Shown here: piece by piece, positions 1-13,491 of the stretch
How positions within the stretch are numbered: position 1 is the first letter of the stretch
Layout: each line of letters begins with the position of its first letter
From: Camelus ferus
Taxonomy: Eukaryota
Direction of reading: 5' to 3'
DNA: 64,000 bases
NCBI RefSeq assembly: GCF_009834535.1
Contig: NC_045697.1
Span: forward strand, 93,188,001 to 93,252,000
The notes under the pieces: model-generated
What the model was told of the DNA's origin: nothing
The model's database searches: none
The model's input: the letters and a program-made list of their open reading frames with translations, nothing else
Position numbers and translations under genes: made by a program

Positions 1-897
1 AATGTTTAGGTCAAAATAGACTGGAAAGAATATAGTACAAAGAAACAGATATAAGTAAGTGTTTTTGCATATCTTTCTTTGTTAAACAATTCATATTTTA
101 CTAACTTTCTGCTTGCTCCATTTATTTTTGAGGCAGAGGATTTTTACTGAATCAATCCAAGAATTAAAGATAGTTTTCTAAACCCAAGCTTTTCATTTTG
201 TCCTCATTACACTGAATTGCTTTTAAAACATTGCCAATTTAAATATTTCAGAGTAGCTATTGCAGGGTTAATCTTGCTAGTCTTATTTAATAATTTATTC
301 ATATTTTTTTTTCAGATAAGCCAATGTCACATTTATTTAAAACTGGGGAGTTGGATTATACCAAATAGATTACCAAAATAATGACTTTTTTTTGAATATG
401 CTTTGTTTTTAACACAGTTATTGTTTAAAATGTTTAAGATGCAAATTTTAAAACTTATACTAAATAAGCCTTTTTCCCCATGGGTAGTCAAAGAGGTATT
501 TAGAATGTGAATCTTGCCCATTCAAATTTATTTAAAGTGTGGATCAGCTCTTGGTCCTCTGGGTGCATTTACATTAACACAAAAATTGCATTTAAAAATG
601 TATTGTCCTCTTCTACCAAGTTAAATCAATGTGCTTTCATTTTCCCTTAAGGCCAACATAAATGCAAGAATGCAATTTTAAGAGCGAAGGACCTATATAA
701 ACAAATTCTGTTTCCAATTTCGGGAAGGTGAAACCGAGAGATTGAACAAGGTAACCTTCTGAGCATCTTAATTACTTTTATATAAAAGAAAGACTATTTC
801 TATAGTGAACATTATATAATCCATGAAGTTTAACACATGAAGTAAAACCATAGCCAAAATCTCGGAACAAGTACTGATAACAAAGGACAAATAATAC

Positions 898-929
898 GTG
901 TGTGTGTGTGTGTGTGTGTCGGTGTGTGT
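898..929. repeat. (GT)n microsatellite
   Basis: Visible GT run with one interruption. Confidence 0.95.
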
Positions 930-1489
930 AAAATATGAATAAACACATGTGTATTTATATTTGCATTTTACCAAATGTCCCACCATATGACCTGTTACAT
1001 CTACATGTATTTTTATCTAAGGATGAAGTATACTACAGTCTAATAAAAAACTCACATCTGAGAGGTTAAACACAAATCTGTCGCAAGTGTCACTACAATC
1101 TAATTGCAATACAATATAATAGGTCAGAAATTCTAGAGGTATTTGGAATCTGAAGAGGCACAATCATTTAGAGCTTGAAAGGGACATAATAGTTACTGTG
1201 GCCCAAAGTATTGGGTTGTTTTGCATACATTTAAGTTATTTTCTTCTTAGAACTTTTATCTCATGTTAGCCACATTAAGATGAAGAAAATGAATTTCAGG
1301 AAGTTTAAAGAACTTGCACAAGGGGATACATATAGTACTAGGCATGTTCTTCAAAGCCAGCTCTGTTGTAATTTAAAAGTCCTTTTTGTCACTGTAGCTA
1401 CAGCTTTTATATCCAGGCCTACACTACTTATTGCCTGAATCATCTCACTTACACACATGTCAACATCTTTCTTATAACAGTGATAAAAT

Positions 1490-1640
1490 TATAGAGTGAT
1501 AGAGCTAGAAGGATCTTTTCAATCAATTAACTGATCCCTGTTGTTTACAGATGGGAAAAATTAAGGCCCAATAAAGTCACAGGAAATTTCTAAAACAAAA
1601 GAGCTTTTAATATCAGAGGAAGACCTGGAAAGCAGGGCAG
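1490..1640 (-). mobile_element. MIR-family SINE remnant
   Basis: tgtttacagatgggaaaaattaaggccca resembles the reverse MIR core (ttttacagatgaggaaactgaggc); a second MIR-like patch lies at ~1270-1340. Confidence 0.55.
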
Positions 1641-3479
1641 TCAATGAAAGCTCTATACATAGCAAATATGTCTTTCAAAGACCATTTTCTTCACATGGAT
1701 AAGCAAATAACTTAAGTAGAAATGAAGTAAAACACCTACATGCTGTGCCTTATGAGATAACTTTTGCTTAAAGATTAGTTCACATCCATATTCAGACTTG
1801 ATTTCCAGCCTCTCTTCCTGAGTCTGACATTTTTTTCCATGAGATTTATAGCTTTTGTTTGCAAAGCAAATGCAGAAATAATGCACCCCAAAAGATCACT
1901 GGCAACATTTTCTTTAAAAGGGCAAAAATACCTTCTTTTAGATATTATTTTTTTCCTATTCTTTAGCTTTCTTTCTCAGGAAATTATTGAAAACATACCA
2001 GAGAGCCTGGCCATAAGTGCTTGAGGTGGGCTGACAACTCAAAATGGAACTTGGCGGGTATGAGATTGAAGGTTACGCTGTGTGTTGAGTATGGAGAACC
2101 TTCTAGGGAAGGTTCGGTCAAGACAGGGCTCTGGCTACCTATATGGGAACGAGGAACTTAACAGAAGCTGTGGGCACTTAATTGCTAGGTCATCTTGAGG
2201 TTGAGCAGCTGGAAAGATATGGTTGGTAGTGGTATGAGAGAGAAAAGGTTGCTGAATGAAGACTACTGCAGATAAAAGCCACTGTGCTGTACGGTTCTTC
2301 ATGGTCCAGATGAAGCATTATTGATATTTATACCCCTATTGTCTTAATAAGAAACAGATGGCATGGAAGGATATTTAGGGGTGCTGCCATTTCGGAATTG
2401 CTGGGCACAGATAATACATAGCAATGCACTTGCAGAGCGTTGAGTGCTTTCTCCGAACGTAGGCAGTTGTAATCTCTCGAGAAAACATAGCAGCTCACAG
2501 AGCCCTGACATTTGTACACAAAGACCATGCCTCGCAAAACTCCAGGGAGTGTTTTCCCATAAAGACCACGGATGATGCAACTCTGACCTCCTTGGGAGCT
2601 GACATACAAAGGAGAGCAGCACAGTGTCAGTGTGATTTATAAGCTGTGTGCATTATTCTGGAATCACAGGGAAAAAAATAAAGCTGAATAAATATTATGT
2701 GGATTTGTAACCCTCTACTATTATAAAAATATAAATAATAATGTAGCTGGTTATTAAATTTAATGTTGTCATTATGCCTTGGTCACTATAACAAGTATTA
2801 GAAGGAAAATGTGTATTTTTGTATTACTAATATGAATTAGAGAAATTATATTCTATGTACAGTAGAAATTAAAGTATAAACAAAAGCTTTGGTACCTCTG
2901 AAATTGGAAAAACAAACAAAAAAACTATAATGAAAGCTGAAGGGTGCTGGGCACTATTAAGAGACATAAACAGAATTTCCTACATCATTCAGTGTTCCTG
3001 ATAAGTAACTTAGGCTCCAAACAACTGGAAGGAAATGTTACTATAATTAAATTTATTATTTGTATTACATATTTTAAAGGAAAACTCAAAGTTCTGAATT
3101 TAGTTAAAAATATAGCTTTTTGACTGCAATAACATCTAATGTATTGTGTGTAACAATCTTTCCTCTTTTTATTTTATCTTAAGTCTACACTACTAAGTAT
3201 TTTAGTCCAAATACTGCAATAATTCCATTTACTTTGATTTTTTAAAACATTTATCCACTTCAACATCACTTATGATGTATTTGAATATCCTTTTAAAAAC
3301 CCAAAAGGAAATGAAAAATATTATTTACACACATTGCTAAAATTGTTTAGCTGTAAAACTTTCATTAGCCTTTATGTTTATTTTGCTTTGATATTCAAAA
3401 AACATCTGATAACACTGCATGAAATATTTTATGCTTTCAGATTACAAAAGACACAACTTTAGAGGACTGTAGATTAGTC

Positions 3480-3605
3480 CTTAAGACATTTTAACGTCCA
3501 TACAAACCACCTGTGGATCTCAGCAGACTCTGATTTAGTCCATATAGATGGCGCCTCAGTTCTGATGCTGATCTTTAGGCAATGATTTCAGCTGGAAGAT
3601 GTTAG
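3480..3605. mobile_element. MER5-like hAT DNA transposon remnant
   Basis: accacctgtggatct...gcagactctgatttagt...tgatgctgat resembles the MER5A consensus; highly decayed. Confidence 0.4.
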
Positions 3606-4380
3606 AGGACAGTAAAGTAGTTACAGCTTAAGCTTTCTCTGTGAAGCATATGTGAGATCAGTATTACTGTAGGCCAATGATCAGGTGAAAAGTTTACTTT
3701 CAATGAGTTCATTCTAAATTTCTTTAGTCATGTCACAGACAAGGGATTCTGGAGAAGTCATTTCCGTGTACAAATGTGTGAAAATCACCTCCTCCTCACT
3801 GTGCCCCTTCCTTAAAGATTTATCAGATCCTCACTTAGCCCATCATAAGTATTCATAACTGCTATTTGTTGCCATAATTATTACCATTGGTACTGTTATT
3901 ACAAAAATCTTGCATAATTTTAATATTGAGATTTTAACCAGTACTTCTCAAATCAGAAAATTATTATTAAATATCTACACATTTCTGAATTTGAAAATCA
4001 GAAAAAAATAAAAATAAAGATACTTTATTTTATTAAATCATGGTTTTAAGCAACCAATTTTAACTTTAATACAACATTTCCCCCAAATTTTTATATTATG
4101 AAGATATAGATAAGAAATTGATAAAAAGAAGGCAGCTATATTTAGAGCATGGCCTCGGTTTATTCCTTCTCTCCTATTTCATATTATTATGCATTGTTAC
4201 AAATCACCTTTTTGTAATAAAATTAGAGAATGTAATATATGGATTTTGACTTGAATGTGTCAATATTAGAAGTTTAAGATACACTGTGATTTTCTGCTTT
4301 CTGGTCTCAACAAGATTCCGCACTTTGGTACAATCCACAATAACAAGTCTGAGGAATAAACTTTCACCATATAACAGCTT

Positions 4381-4403
4381 TATTATTATTATTATTATTA
4401 CTA

Positions 4404-4434
<31 letters not shown>
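4381..4434. repeat. (TAT)n microsatellite
   Basis: Visible trinucleotide run; explains the poly-Ile ORF at 4286. Confidence 0.95.
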
Positions 4435-4499
4435 TTGCTTTTACAAGAATATTATCATACATTATCACTTAATAAATAATGAACACCTCTTTGTATTTC

Positions 4500-6200
4500 T
4501 AGCTATAGATCTAATTCTCTTTAATGGCTAATTATTCTTTTCTTTTATGGATAAAACACAATTTGTTTTTGCAACTAAAAACACTGTTGCAACAAATTCC
4601 CTCATGCATATTTCCCTATACTCGCCTCTCTTACCAAAAAGTAGATAAATAGTGAAACATATGGGATAAGGAATTAATTAATTTTAATGGCCTTTTTTCT
4701 GATTACTCTATTGAGAGGTAAAATGCATATTCTCCTTCCCCAACAATGAAAATAAAAGACTTTTATATTCATAGCACTGCTGTGAACACAATCTTAAAAT
4801 GAGGAATTTATTTATTTATTTGTTGACTCCCTGCGACTTTGAAACCCTCCTTAAATGCATACTTGTCACTGGAAATTCCCCTTTTGTGAACTGTTAACTT
4901 TTGGCCACTACTTGTACTGGTTTTCTTTTTCCATATTAAATTGTGTAAGCTCGGTGCTTATTAAGAGTTTTCGATGTTTCATCAGCCATTCTGTAAACCT
5001 CCACCTGCTGATAAGGCTTCTGTTTGTTTTTCCTTTGCACGTGTATTTGTTGTTTGTTCTTTCCAATTTTGGTTTTCATGTAATGAAACATATCTACATT
5101 TTCATTTTTGACTTTTGGGATTCATGTCTTACTTAAGAAAAGTTTTCTCACCCTAAATTTAGAAAAAATATACTCATTTAATTTTATATTTTTGGTTTAA
5201 TTATTTGATTTTAATTAATAATCCTTCTCAAAGTAGTATTTAAATGTGGATCAATGTGGGAAACTACCTCTATTTTTCCCACTTCATTTCAAAATATATC
5301 AACATGTCATCTTTATCGCACATGTATTTTTCAAACAAATCTGTTCATTATTGTAAATATCATAATATTGTGATTAAAGTGATTTTATGGCAGGTTTATC
5401 CTCTGGTAGCTATGTCCTTTCCTTGTTGTCTTTATTTTTAAATATTCTTCCCAGTATTTCTGCTTCTACTCTCCATTAGATAAATAACTGAGAACTCAGC
5501 GATGGTCATCAAATGCCTATTATGTGCCAAGGGCTTTTCTACACACTGTGGATATGCCCATAATTAAGACCAACATTGTTAATGAAAAAGAAGTTGAGGA
5601 ATAGATGTAGTCAGTATCAACAGCACCACTTCAACTGCATCACATAGATGCTGATAGGCTTCATCTTTAACATGGTCTTATAGAAATTACATAATTTTAT
5701 TTTGCATTTTCTCTTTGACCAAGGGATCTTTGATAGTAATTGTCATTAATGTTTATTTTTATTCTACTGTATTCAGAAAACACATTTTAACATATTAAGG
5801 TTTTATTTGTGACTTAATATATGACTAAATTTACTAAATGCCCCAAAGAACTTGAAAAGAAAGTATATTTTCATTATTGTAGTTTTAGGGTTTCGTATAT
5901 AGTTACTATTTAAGTCTTTTAAGGTCTTTTGTAATCTTACTAAGTTTTGTCCGCTTGATCAGCTGGATCACTGGATACGACAGGTGTATGAATTTTGGCT
6001 AGCTATACCAGTTATAGTACTTACGATTCATGTTAATTGCTTTCTTTACAGATTATTTTGAAATTTTAAGCTATTGCTTCTACTTTTTGCATGTTCATTG
6101 TCTGATATATATTCTCATTCTCTGTCAAAACGTTATTTGGTTTATTTTTACCTTTATAAAATATTAATTTGAAATGGTGTTGGTTGTATTTTCTGCTCCC
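4500..6200 (-). mobile_element. Very old L1M (L1ME-like) fragments, antisense
   Basis: T-rich patches such as cttgaaaagaaagtatattttcattattg resemble antisense L1 ORF2; discontinuous. Confidence 0.45.
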
Positions 6201-8007
6201 CATGGATAAATATGGAGGACTTTTTCAGACCCGTTAATGGTTACTCTTAGAGTAGAGTATGTGCTATCACAGCTTCTGGCTTTACGGCATGAAGACTCTC
6301 TTCAATCTGTTTACCAGAAAAGACTCAAAATATGGCCTCAGTATATAACTACTGTTCCTCAAGTTCTGATCAAGAACATTTGATAGCTTCCAGATGGAAT
6401 CTAAGTCATTTGAGCCCCTCCTTGTTAGCTATCTGACACTTTTCTATTATTTTCTGTGCTCCTATGTAGACAATTTAATGTCTGTAGCTATATTTTCTCA
6501 TGAGGGTGAAACTCTGGTAAGAAGCATTTGCTGGATATTTTTGAGATTTGTTATGTCTTATTACCATATTCCTTTTGAAATCTTACATCCTACACAGTTT
6601 TCTGCATTTATCCACAGTTCAGAGACAATGAGAAATTATCTCAATTTCTTTATTCTTAGATCTATCTCTCTCTGTTTCCTAAATGGCCACATTCCTCCCC
6701 TTTTAGGGGTCTGTAGTTGGTGGCAAGGTTACAATGACTGTAGAGTCAATTGGTATGTATTAGTAAAATTTAATTTACATTTATTTATAATTGTTTTGGT
6801 CTCTTTGGCTTCAATAGAAAGACAGAATCTCAAGGTAGAAAACCAGCATGAGTCTTGTATTAGATTTACAGCTACTCTACAGTACTATTTCCTTAGTGTC
6901 AATACCAAAGTAACTATTCCAAAATAGAATAAAAATACTCCAATGGCTTTGGCTCAGTGAGCCCAAGCTTTCCATACTTTGAAAAGTGTTTAAATCTATA
7001 TCTATCCAGCTATGTGTGGTAAAGATGTCAAAAACTGAATTACAGTCATGATTTACTTCCGCTACAACATTTTAATGAATGCAAACACATGTAACTAAAT
7101 CCATATATCCTTGAAAATAAGGGAGACACACATTTCACATGCAATGAATTCATAGTATTGGATGACTGACTGGCATCCAAAAACACCATTTGTCTATTAT
7201 TGAATAATCTAATGGCACTTTGAAAGAGTGACAAAAATTAAATATCAACGCAAGTTGGGGAAATTTCTATGGGTAAATGAAAAAAGAGAATGATGTTATT
7301 CCAAAATTAATTATTGTGGAAGTTACTAAGATTTTAGTCATTTCAGAGTCTGCTGAATGAGAATAAAGGAAACAGATGTGTTATAAGTATAAGAAAAATA
7401 ATTTGTAGTTAAACCAAAGAATGTAGTGTAGGTCATTTTATAAGTAGCTGTATAATATGTCAAACTATTTCATAATTGTTTGTTCTTCTCTGAATCAGAC
7501 CAGTTGCCAATAGTTTTATTTTGGTAGATAATTATAACCACAGCAAATCACGTTAATTCTGTTTCTTACAATAAAGTACTTTGGTTTAAAATCAATAGAC
7601 ACACATGACTCTTCTTCACACTAAACCTATGAAGAGACAAGTATAATTTGAGAAACTCATCTTGGCAAGTTTGATTTTATTCAACCCAGTCATTCAGTGA
7701 GCATCTCCAAGGGATAGAAGCCTGTTAATGATCCCGTGAAGGACACAAAAATAGTCGTAATTGGCCACCCATTTCATCAAATGCAAGGGTTGTCAAAGAA
7801 TAATTTAAACATTTCCAAAATAATTAGAATACAAGACAGTCTTCAAAACAAAGAACCAAATGAAAAAGGCAATGGAAAGTCATGAAAGCAAAAGAGTGCA
7901 CAAATAAAACATTCTTGCTTTTCTGAACATATATTGCTTTGTTTGTTTGTTTTAACAACACACCTACAAACAAAAAAGTAAACTTTCCAAACCATTTCAA
8001 AAGAGCT

Positions 8008-8817
8008 TATTACAGTTTTAGAACTTTACGCTTTGGAAGCATAAGGCTAGAGCTCTAAAACAAATTATTTTCTGAATAGAGATAAAACCAAGCAGGAACC
8101 TACATGCCTTCCTGAGACAGACCACCCATCCCCCACCACGTTGTCCAACTGCCTCTTGTCGGTTAAAAAAACAAAAACAAAACAAAACAAAACAATCAAA
8201 CAAAAAACTTTAGCCAAAGAATAAACTTAACCAGAGAAGTGACAAAATGCAGATGCAAAGGAAAGTAATTAAACATGACCAACTAATAATAGTTTAGTCA
8301 TTAAACAAAGCCAAGGACATTTAGTTCCTCCTCAAGGGCTATAGACAATATTTTCAGCCATACTTTTGAGTTGTCTTGCAGATACTGAAACCCCTACCAG
8401 GGGGAAGAAGTTAACTACATGATGACCAGATTGAAGTCCTGACATAAGCTTCTCCACCTTACACAATTCCAAGAACTGGCCTCAAGGAAATGGGAACAAA
8501 TGACCCTGGAACTGAAGATTAACTCTACTTGAAACAATCAAGATGATGCCGATCAGACCATCATATGAACAATTTAAAGATGATTGTCAGGGTTGACTGT
8601 GCTGTTCTGCACATAAACCCCTCCCTCCACGTATACACTCCTGACACTCTCCCCTTTAACAGCTCTCGCCCCTTGATTGGCAGTGGGGAATAGGCTTTTG
8701 GACGTGAGTCCATCATCTCCACAGTCCAACCTCCTGAATAAAGCAACTTTTTATTTCCAATCAACATTTGTCACTCCAGGATTGGCTTTAAAGCAGCCAG
8801 GACTAAGTTCAGTAACA
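8008..8817 (+). mobile_element. Solo ERV1-type LTR (cetartiodactyl-type)
   Basis: Termini TATTAC (degenerate TGTTAC)...GTAACA, AATAAA at ~8737, GC-richer U3 with LTR-like layout; no clear TSD. Confidence 0.7.
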
Positions 8818-9005
8818 GTGAAAATAAACGCATTTCCACAAAATTATCAAGAACTCGAATCAATTTTCTGGTTACATTAATTTTATAATCACTGATTTAA
8901 AAATCCTTGTACAATCATTGTGAACCAATACTGCTCTTAATTAGAAGAGATATTATCAGTGGAAAGGAAAAGATAGCAGAAAATGAGATTCTGGCAACAG
9001 ATAAT

Positions 9006-9873
9006 TGTCTGAGTCGGCTTTGAAATGATTAAATACCATAGCAATGATAGAAAAGAAAATTTTCTTACAGTTCTGGAGACTGAGAAGTCCAAAATCAAGG
9101 TGCCAGCAATGGAAAGTTTCATTCAAAGTCCTCTTCTCTTGGTGTAGTAGGTGGTCACCACTGCAGTGTCTGCTAACATGAAATCTCCTTTGTGTCTGCC
9201 AGAGAAAGAGAGAGAGATATCTGGTCTCTCTTCCTCTTCTAATAAGAGCATTAATCCCACCATGGGGCCCTACCCTCATGATCTCATCTAAACCTAATTA
9301 CATTCCCAATGTCCCACTTCTGAATACCATCACATTGAGGGTAGGTCTGGTAATCAAAAAGAACAAAGAGTTTCATTCATCATCCAGTTATCCAATGATT
9401 AAGTAGCAACCTACTGCAGTCACCCACGGGCCATGCATCCTGAGGGGAATTCAGGACATAGAAACATGGGATGAAACATTCTGTGTTTTGGGGTACATGG
9501 CCCCTAAGTAGTTAAGATACATATCTAAGGAAGAATTTCAATGACTTTGGATTCTTGCGTCTTCTCATATGTAGAAAAACACTGAAATCATTAACTTGAG
9601 ATGTCTGTTTTTTATGATTAGCAGTAATCTTTTATCAAGGTGCATGCTTGATTACATATATTTCCCAGCCCCGAAATTCATATTTATACTGGCTTCTTCC
9701 CTAACTCTTCAGAGCAGTTCCTCAGAGCTATCTGAGAGGCTACCTCCCAGGCTATAGTCCTCAGTAAGGTCCTTGAATAAAACTGAAACTCATTGCTTTT
9801 ACTTTGTGCATTTTTTCCAGTCTACAAGCTTCAACATACGAATGGGAGGTGCCCAAACATTCAATGCATAACA
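9006..9873 (-). mobile_element. MaLR LTR (MLT1A/B-like), split by a nested LTR
   Basis: acagttctggagactgagaagtccaaaatcaaggtgccagca and accatcacattgagggtagg|...|cttcaacatacgaat...cataaca match reverse MLT1. Confidence 0.85.
9341..9826 (+). mobile_element. Solo ERV1-type LTR nested in MLT1
   Basis: Ends ...CCAGTCTACA with a degenerate inverted start GTAGGTCTGG; AATAAA at ~9776; interrupts contiguous MLT1 sequence. Confidence 0.75.
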
Positions 9874-10149
9874 GTGGTGAATAAAAACAATATCAGGTCA
9901 ATTGTCTACTGATATAGACAATCTATTAATAAGAAGAAAGAAAAAAGGGGGAAAAAGAAAAGGACTACTTTTTAATATAAATGTTTAGTTTAGTATGTTT
10001 GATCAACATTACTGATACAAAGTAGCTATTTCTGGTGATAAATTTAAATAGGATACTATACCTTTAAGAGGCTTTGTTAGTACTTATTCTTTATCAAACA
10101 AGATGATATATGGACTTGAATCAATGTCATCTTTCTTCCTTAATTCTGA

Positions 10150-12140
10150 GTGTACGATTTTAGTTAATGTGCCAGGAGAGGTTAGGGGCACACTCAACGT
10201 CATACATGGAATAAGGCCTCCCAAATCTAGAGATAAAGGGGGTATATTTGGCAGAAGTCATTAGTCTGAATTAAAGTTATTGTCCATCCCTCAAAAACAA
10301 AGTGACCCTATAAGTAGCACAATTTCAGTTGGTCTTATCAAAGAAAAGACCCTTGCCAAGTGCATCTACAAAACTGACGTAGACAGGTACAACCCATATT
10401 CACGATTCATTTCCACATCCATGTCCTCCCAAAAGAATGTCCTTGATCTGCCCAAGTTCAGAGTCTGAGTTTTGTCCCCTAGGCAGAATGGCCACGTCTG
10501 CTTCAGTTTGGAATATGCGGTACTGAGGTTACAATAAGTATAGCAGACGCCATTGGGTTTCAGCTTAGCTGAACATCAGTCATCCAGGCCCTGGCACTAA
10601 GTGGAAACTCTGTGAGGCAAGAATTTGAAAAGAGCCAGAAGCTCTGGCTTTATGTCAGGCACTAGAGTAGGAGATAAATCCCTCCTCACTGACATGCTAC
10701 TGTCTCCCTTCAAAGGGATTGTTGTCACTTTCTCACATAAAGCCAAGAAGCTGATGGGGATAGGTTAGCCACAATGTCACTAGATCACATGCTTTGGGGG
10801 CCTTTTCGGTTCTCAGCCGTAGTTTTCAACTTGACTCAAAGTTTGAGTCTCCAGACTTCTATGGCTGAGGCATAGAGTTTAATAAGACCTCATTAGCAAT
10901 CTGTGTGTTGTAACAGGGTGTATCTTGTAGCTCTTTCAAAACCCCAAGTCCAAAGTACCCAAGTTTACCTGCCAATAAGTGGTTCATCCCTGTGGATGAA
11001 TCCTCCCTTTGCAAAAGTTTCCAATCAGCAAAAATTAGCACCACAGAAATTTGTTCTAATCTCAACACCCATAAGGTCCAACAAATTGATTAAAATTCAT
11101 GCTAAACCCTAACAAAACTACTGGTGGCAAAAGGCAGGTGAGTTTGGTTCATTAACTCACTTATCTATCTCCAGCTTTTGCCCTTGTCAGAATGATCCCT
11201 TTGTCACTTATGAGATGGGAAATTACGGGCATATAACATCCAATATCAATTCTTATTATACATCCATATGTAGAAGCACTAAAACAATACAAAGTCATTT
11301 AAACTTCTTTTATGTTTTTTCATTGCAAGCTTTGCTCTATCCTATAGGTTAAGTTCAGCATTTCCAAAGTTACATTCAGAGTTCCCAGGAGATCCTTTTA
11401 TCTCCTAGATGGGGACTGGAAAGTACTAGTATTTGGGGGAGAGGTGTTGGAGACAAATTGTGGAGATAGCTTTAGCATCCTCAGAGACTTTTTTTCCCTC
11501 TGCCTACCCACCTGTTCACTTTCCAGTACCTAGGTGGTGCCTGGGCCCAAGGGCTCTTTCTATCTACCACTCAGCATGATTTCTACACTATCAGGATTTC
11601 ACCCTACATTCCATGGCCGTCATCCACTTCATCTGCTTTCAAAACCTTTACCCCATAATACCATGAGGTTTCCTCTACTTCCAAATGGAGCATCCAAATT
11701 TTCTATAGGCCATCCTGTTTTAGAGCCACTGACGTGTCTTGGCTATCTGTTTCTAACAGCACCATAAACTTCTGAATTCCTCCTATCCCTGAAGTTCCAG
11801 TCTATCAGGATGAAGTCTTACTTGGGTGCAGACTTTGGTCTCACCCCTAATCCTTAAGGCTTCTGATATCAGGATAGAAGCAAAACTAGGAATAAAGGGA
11901 CACAGAAAATGCCTCCACTCCTGAAAATGAGTTTGGTTCACCAAAGCCCCATTTGGCTCTCAGGACTCTTCAATTTGTTTCCTGCTACTTGGAGGAAAGA
12001 ACAAAAAACAAAAGCACTACTCCAGCTTCTTGTTTCAGCCTTATCTTCCGTTATTTGATCTTCAACCACTTCCCAATTCTTCTTTATAGGTAACAGAGTG
12101 TAGAAAAATGCATTTCCCAATTGATCAAACAATTTTCAAC
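10150..12140 (-). mobile_element. Decayed class III (ERV-L clade) internal region with pro/pol remnants
   Basis: Minus-strand translations in correct order: ASTYGCIIRIDI (~11240-11277, cf. ERV-L protease ECIIGIDIL); LGF*...ATRYTL (~10890-10950, cf. PLGFW...Y.PFEKQLLACYWAL); AWMTD-SAKLKPNGV (~10545-10590, RNase H WFTDGSA); stops and frameshifts present. Confidence 0.7.
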
Positions 12141-12259
12141 ATATCAACTATCAATTTACATTGACCCATGGGGCACTCGTCTTTTTTTTTTTTTTTTTTG
12201 AAGGTAATGTTTGTGCAACTATATCTCATCTTTGTCTCCAAAATGGTTAATTACTTACT

Positions 12260-12500
12260 TACTCACTTAATTAAAGTCTCTATTCTGACAGGAAACACAA
12301 GGTTTCTGGATCACAGGACAAATCAATTGTTTGCTTACTGGCCATCTTAGTGCCTGCTCCCCATGACCCAATTCTCCATAGGACAATGTGATAGAGGTCT
12401 GACATCTATGCACATGCAAAGGGACACGTACCACAGGACAAGAACCTGGAATAGAGGCATGCATAAGATCAGGAATGAGGTACTTATTAGAATTTAAGGG
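12260..12500. mobile_element. Probable ERV-L-type LTR remnant adjoining the internal region
   Basis: GC-richer LTR-like patch at the expected 5' side of the minus-strand element. Confidence 0.35.
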
Positions 12501-13491
12501 GAATAAATTATTTTCAGTTCTAGATAGGTGAGCAGTGATATGGGCATAAGAAAAGGCTTTTTGAAGAAATCTCAGTTTGAAATTATTTTAGTGAAACATA
12601 TACTTCTGTTTTCAACATCCATTCTTCTTTCCCCTTGCCTTTATAACATAAAAATGTTGGAAAGATAATCACTCTTCCTCCAAGCAACCGATATGGCTCA
12701 GAGGTGGCAACCCCGGCCCCAGGGGTAGAGTCAGATAAGCCTATGATAACCATGTAAATGGCATTTTGATAATATTTGGTTAGAGAACAAAGGTTTAATT
12801 CAAACACAATGTATGATTTCTTTTAAAGATAGTCTTTAAGAGTTTGCAGGTAACCTAACAGATTCAATCAGACACAAAGGAAAGACTTCTATTGCATTAG
12901 TATGTGAGGCTACTCTCTTTTATATACTGTTCATGAAATAAAGAAAAATAAAGTATATTTTACTGTCAGTAATCTTATTATGATGACAAGATGACCCATC
13001 CTTAGCATACAGCTGTCATCGTGGACAGCAGAGAAGAGAAGAAACATGAGGTTTCTTGATGACACACATTGGATTACTGCCTTCCAATTTATGATAGAAA
13101 AAATATCCTTATTACTTAATCCAGAGTGAATTATATTTGCTATACAAATATAACATACAAAATTTGGTACAAGGAACTGGGGAACTAAAACATTAAACCT
13201 GCTGGCAGGCGGAAGTAGGATGATGAGTCTATGTAAGGACGTTTCATTACACCGCTTTACAGAGCAACACATTTATGGAATATCCTGTCAATCTCGCACC
13301 TGGAGTTGCGCACTGAAGTAAACATTTTAACTCCTGCTATTGTATCAGGAAAACCATTAATTTTGCTACTATTTAGTATTAGTTTATAATACACAGTTGT
13401 CAGAAACATTTCACAAATGGTTGCATTTGAAGACAAATTAAGTGTGTTTGAGTAGCAAATTACAAAATAGATATAAAATTATATCTATTGT

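Noticed and set aside
1980..2025. Possible plus-strand exon (tttctcag|GAAATT...TTGAG|gtgggc)
   Set aside because: Stops in all three frames and a weak donor; no partner exons
6394..6927. Longest ORF (177 aa)
   Set aside because: Hydrophobic, low-information translation typical of T-rich DNA; no recognisable domain or splice structure
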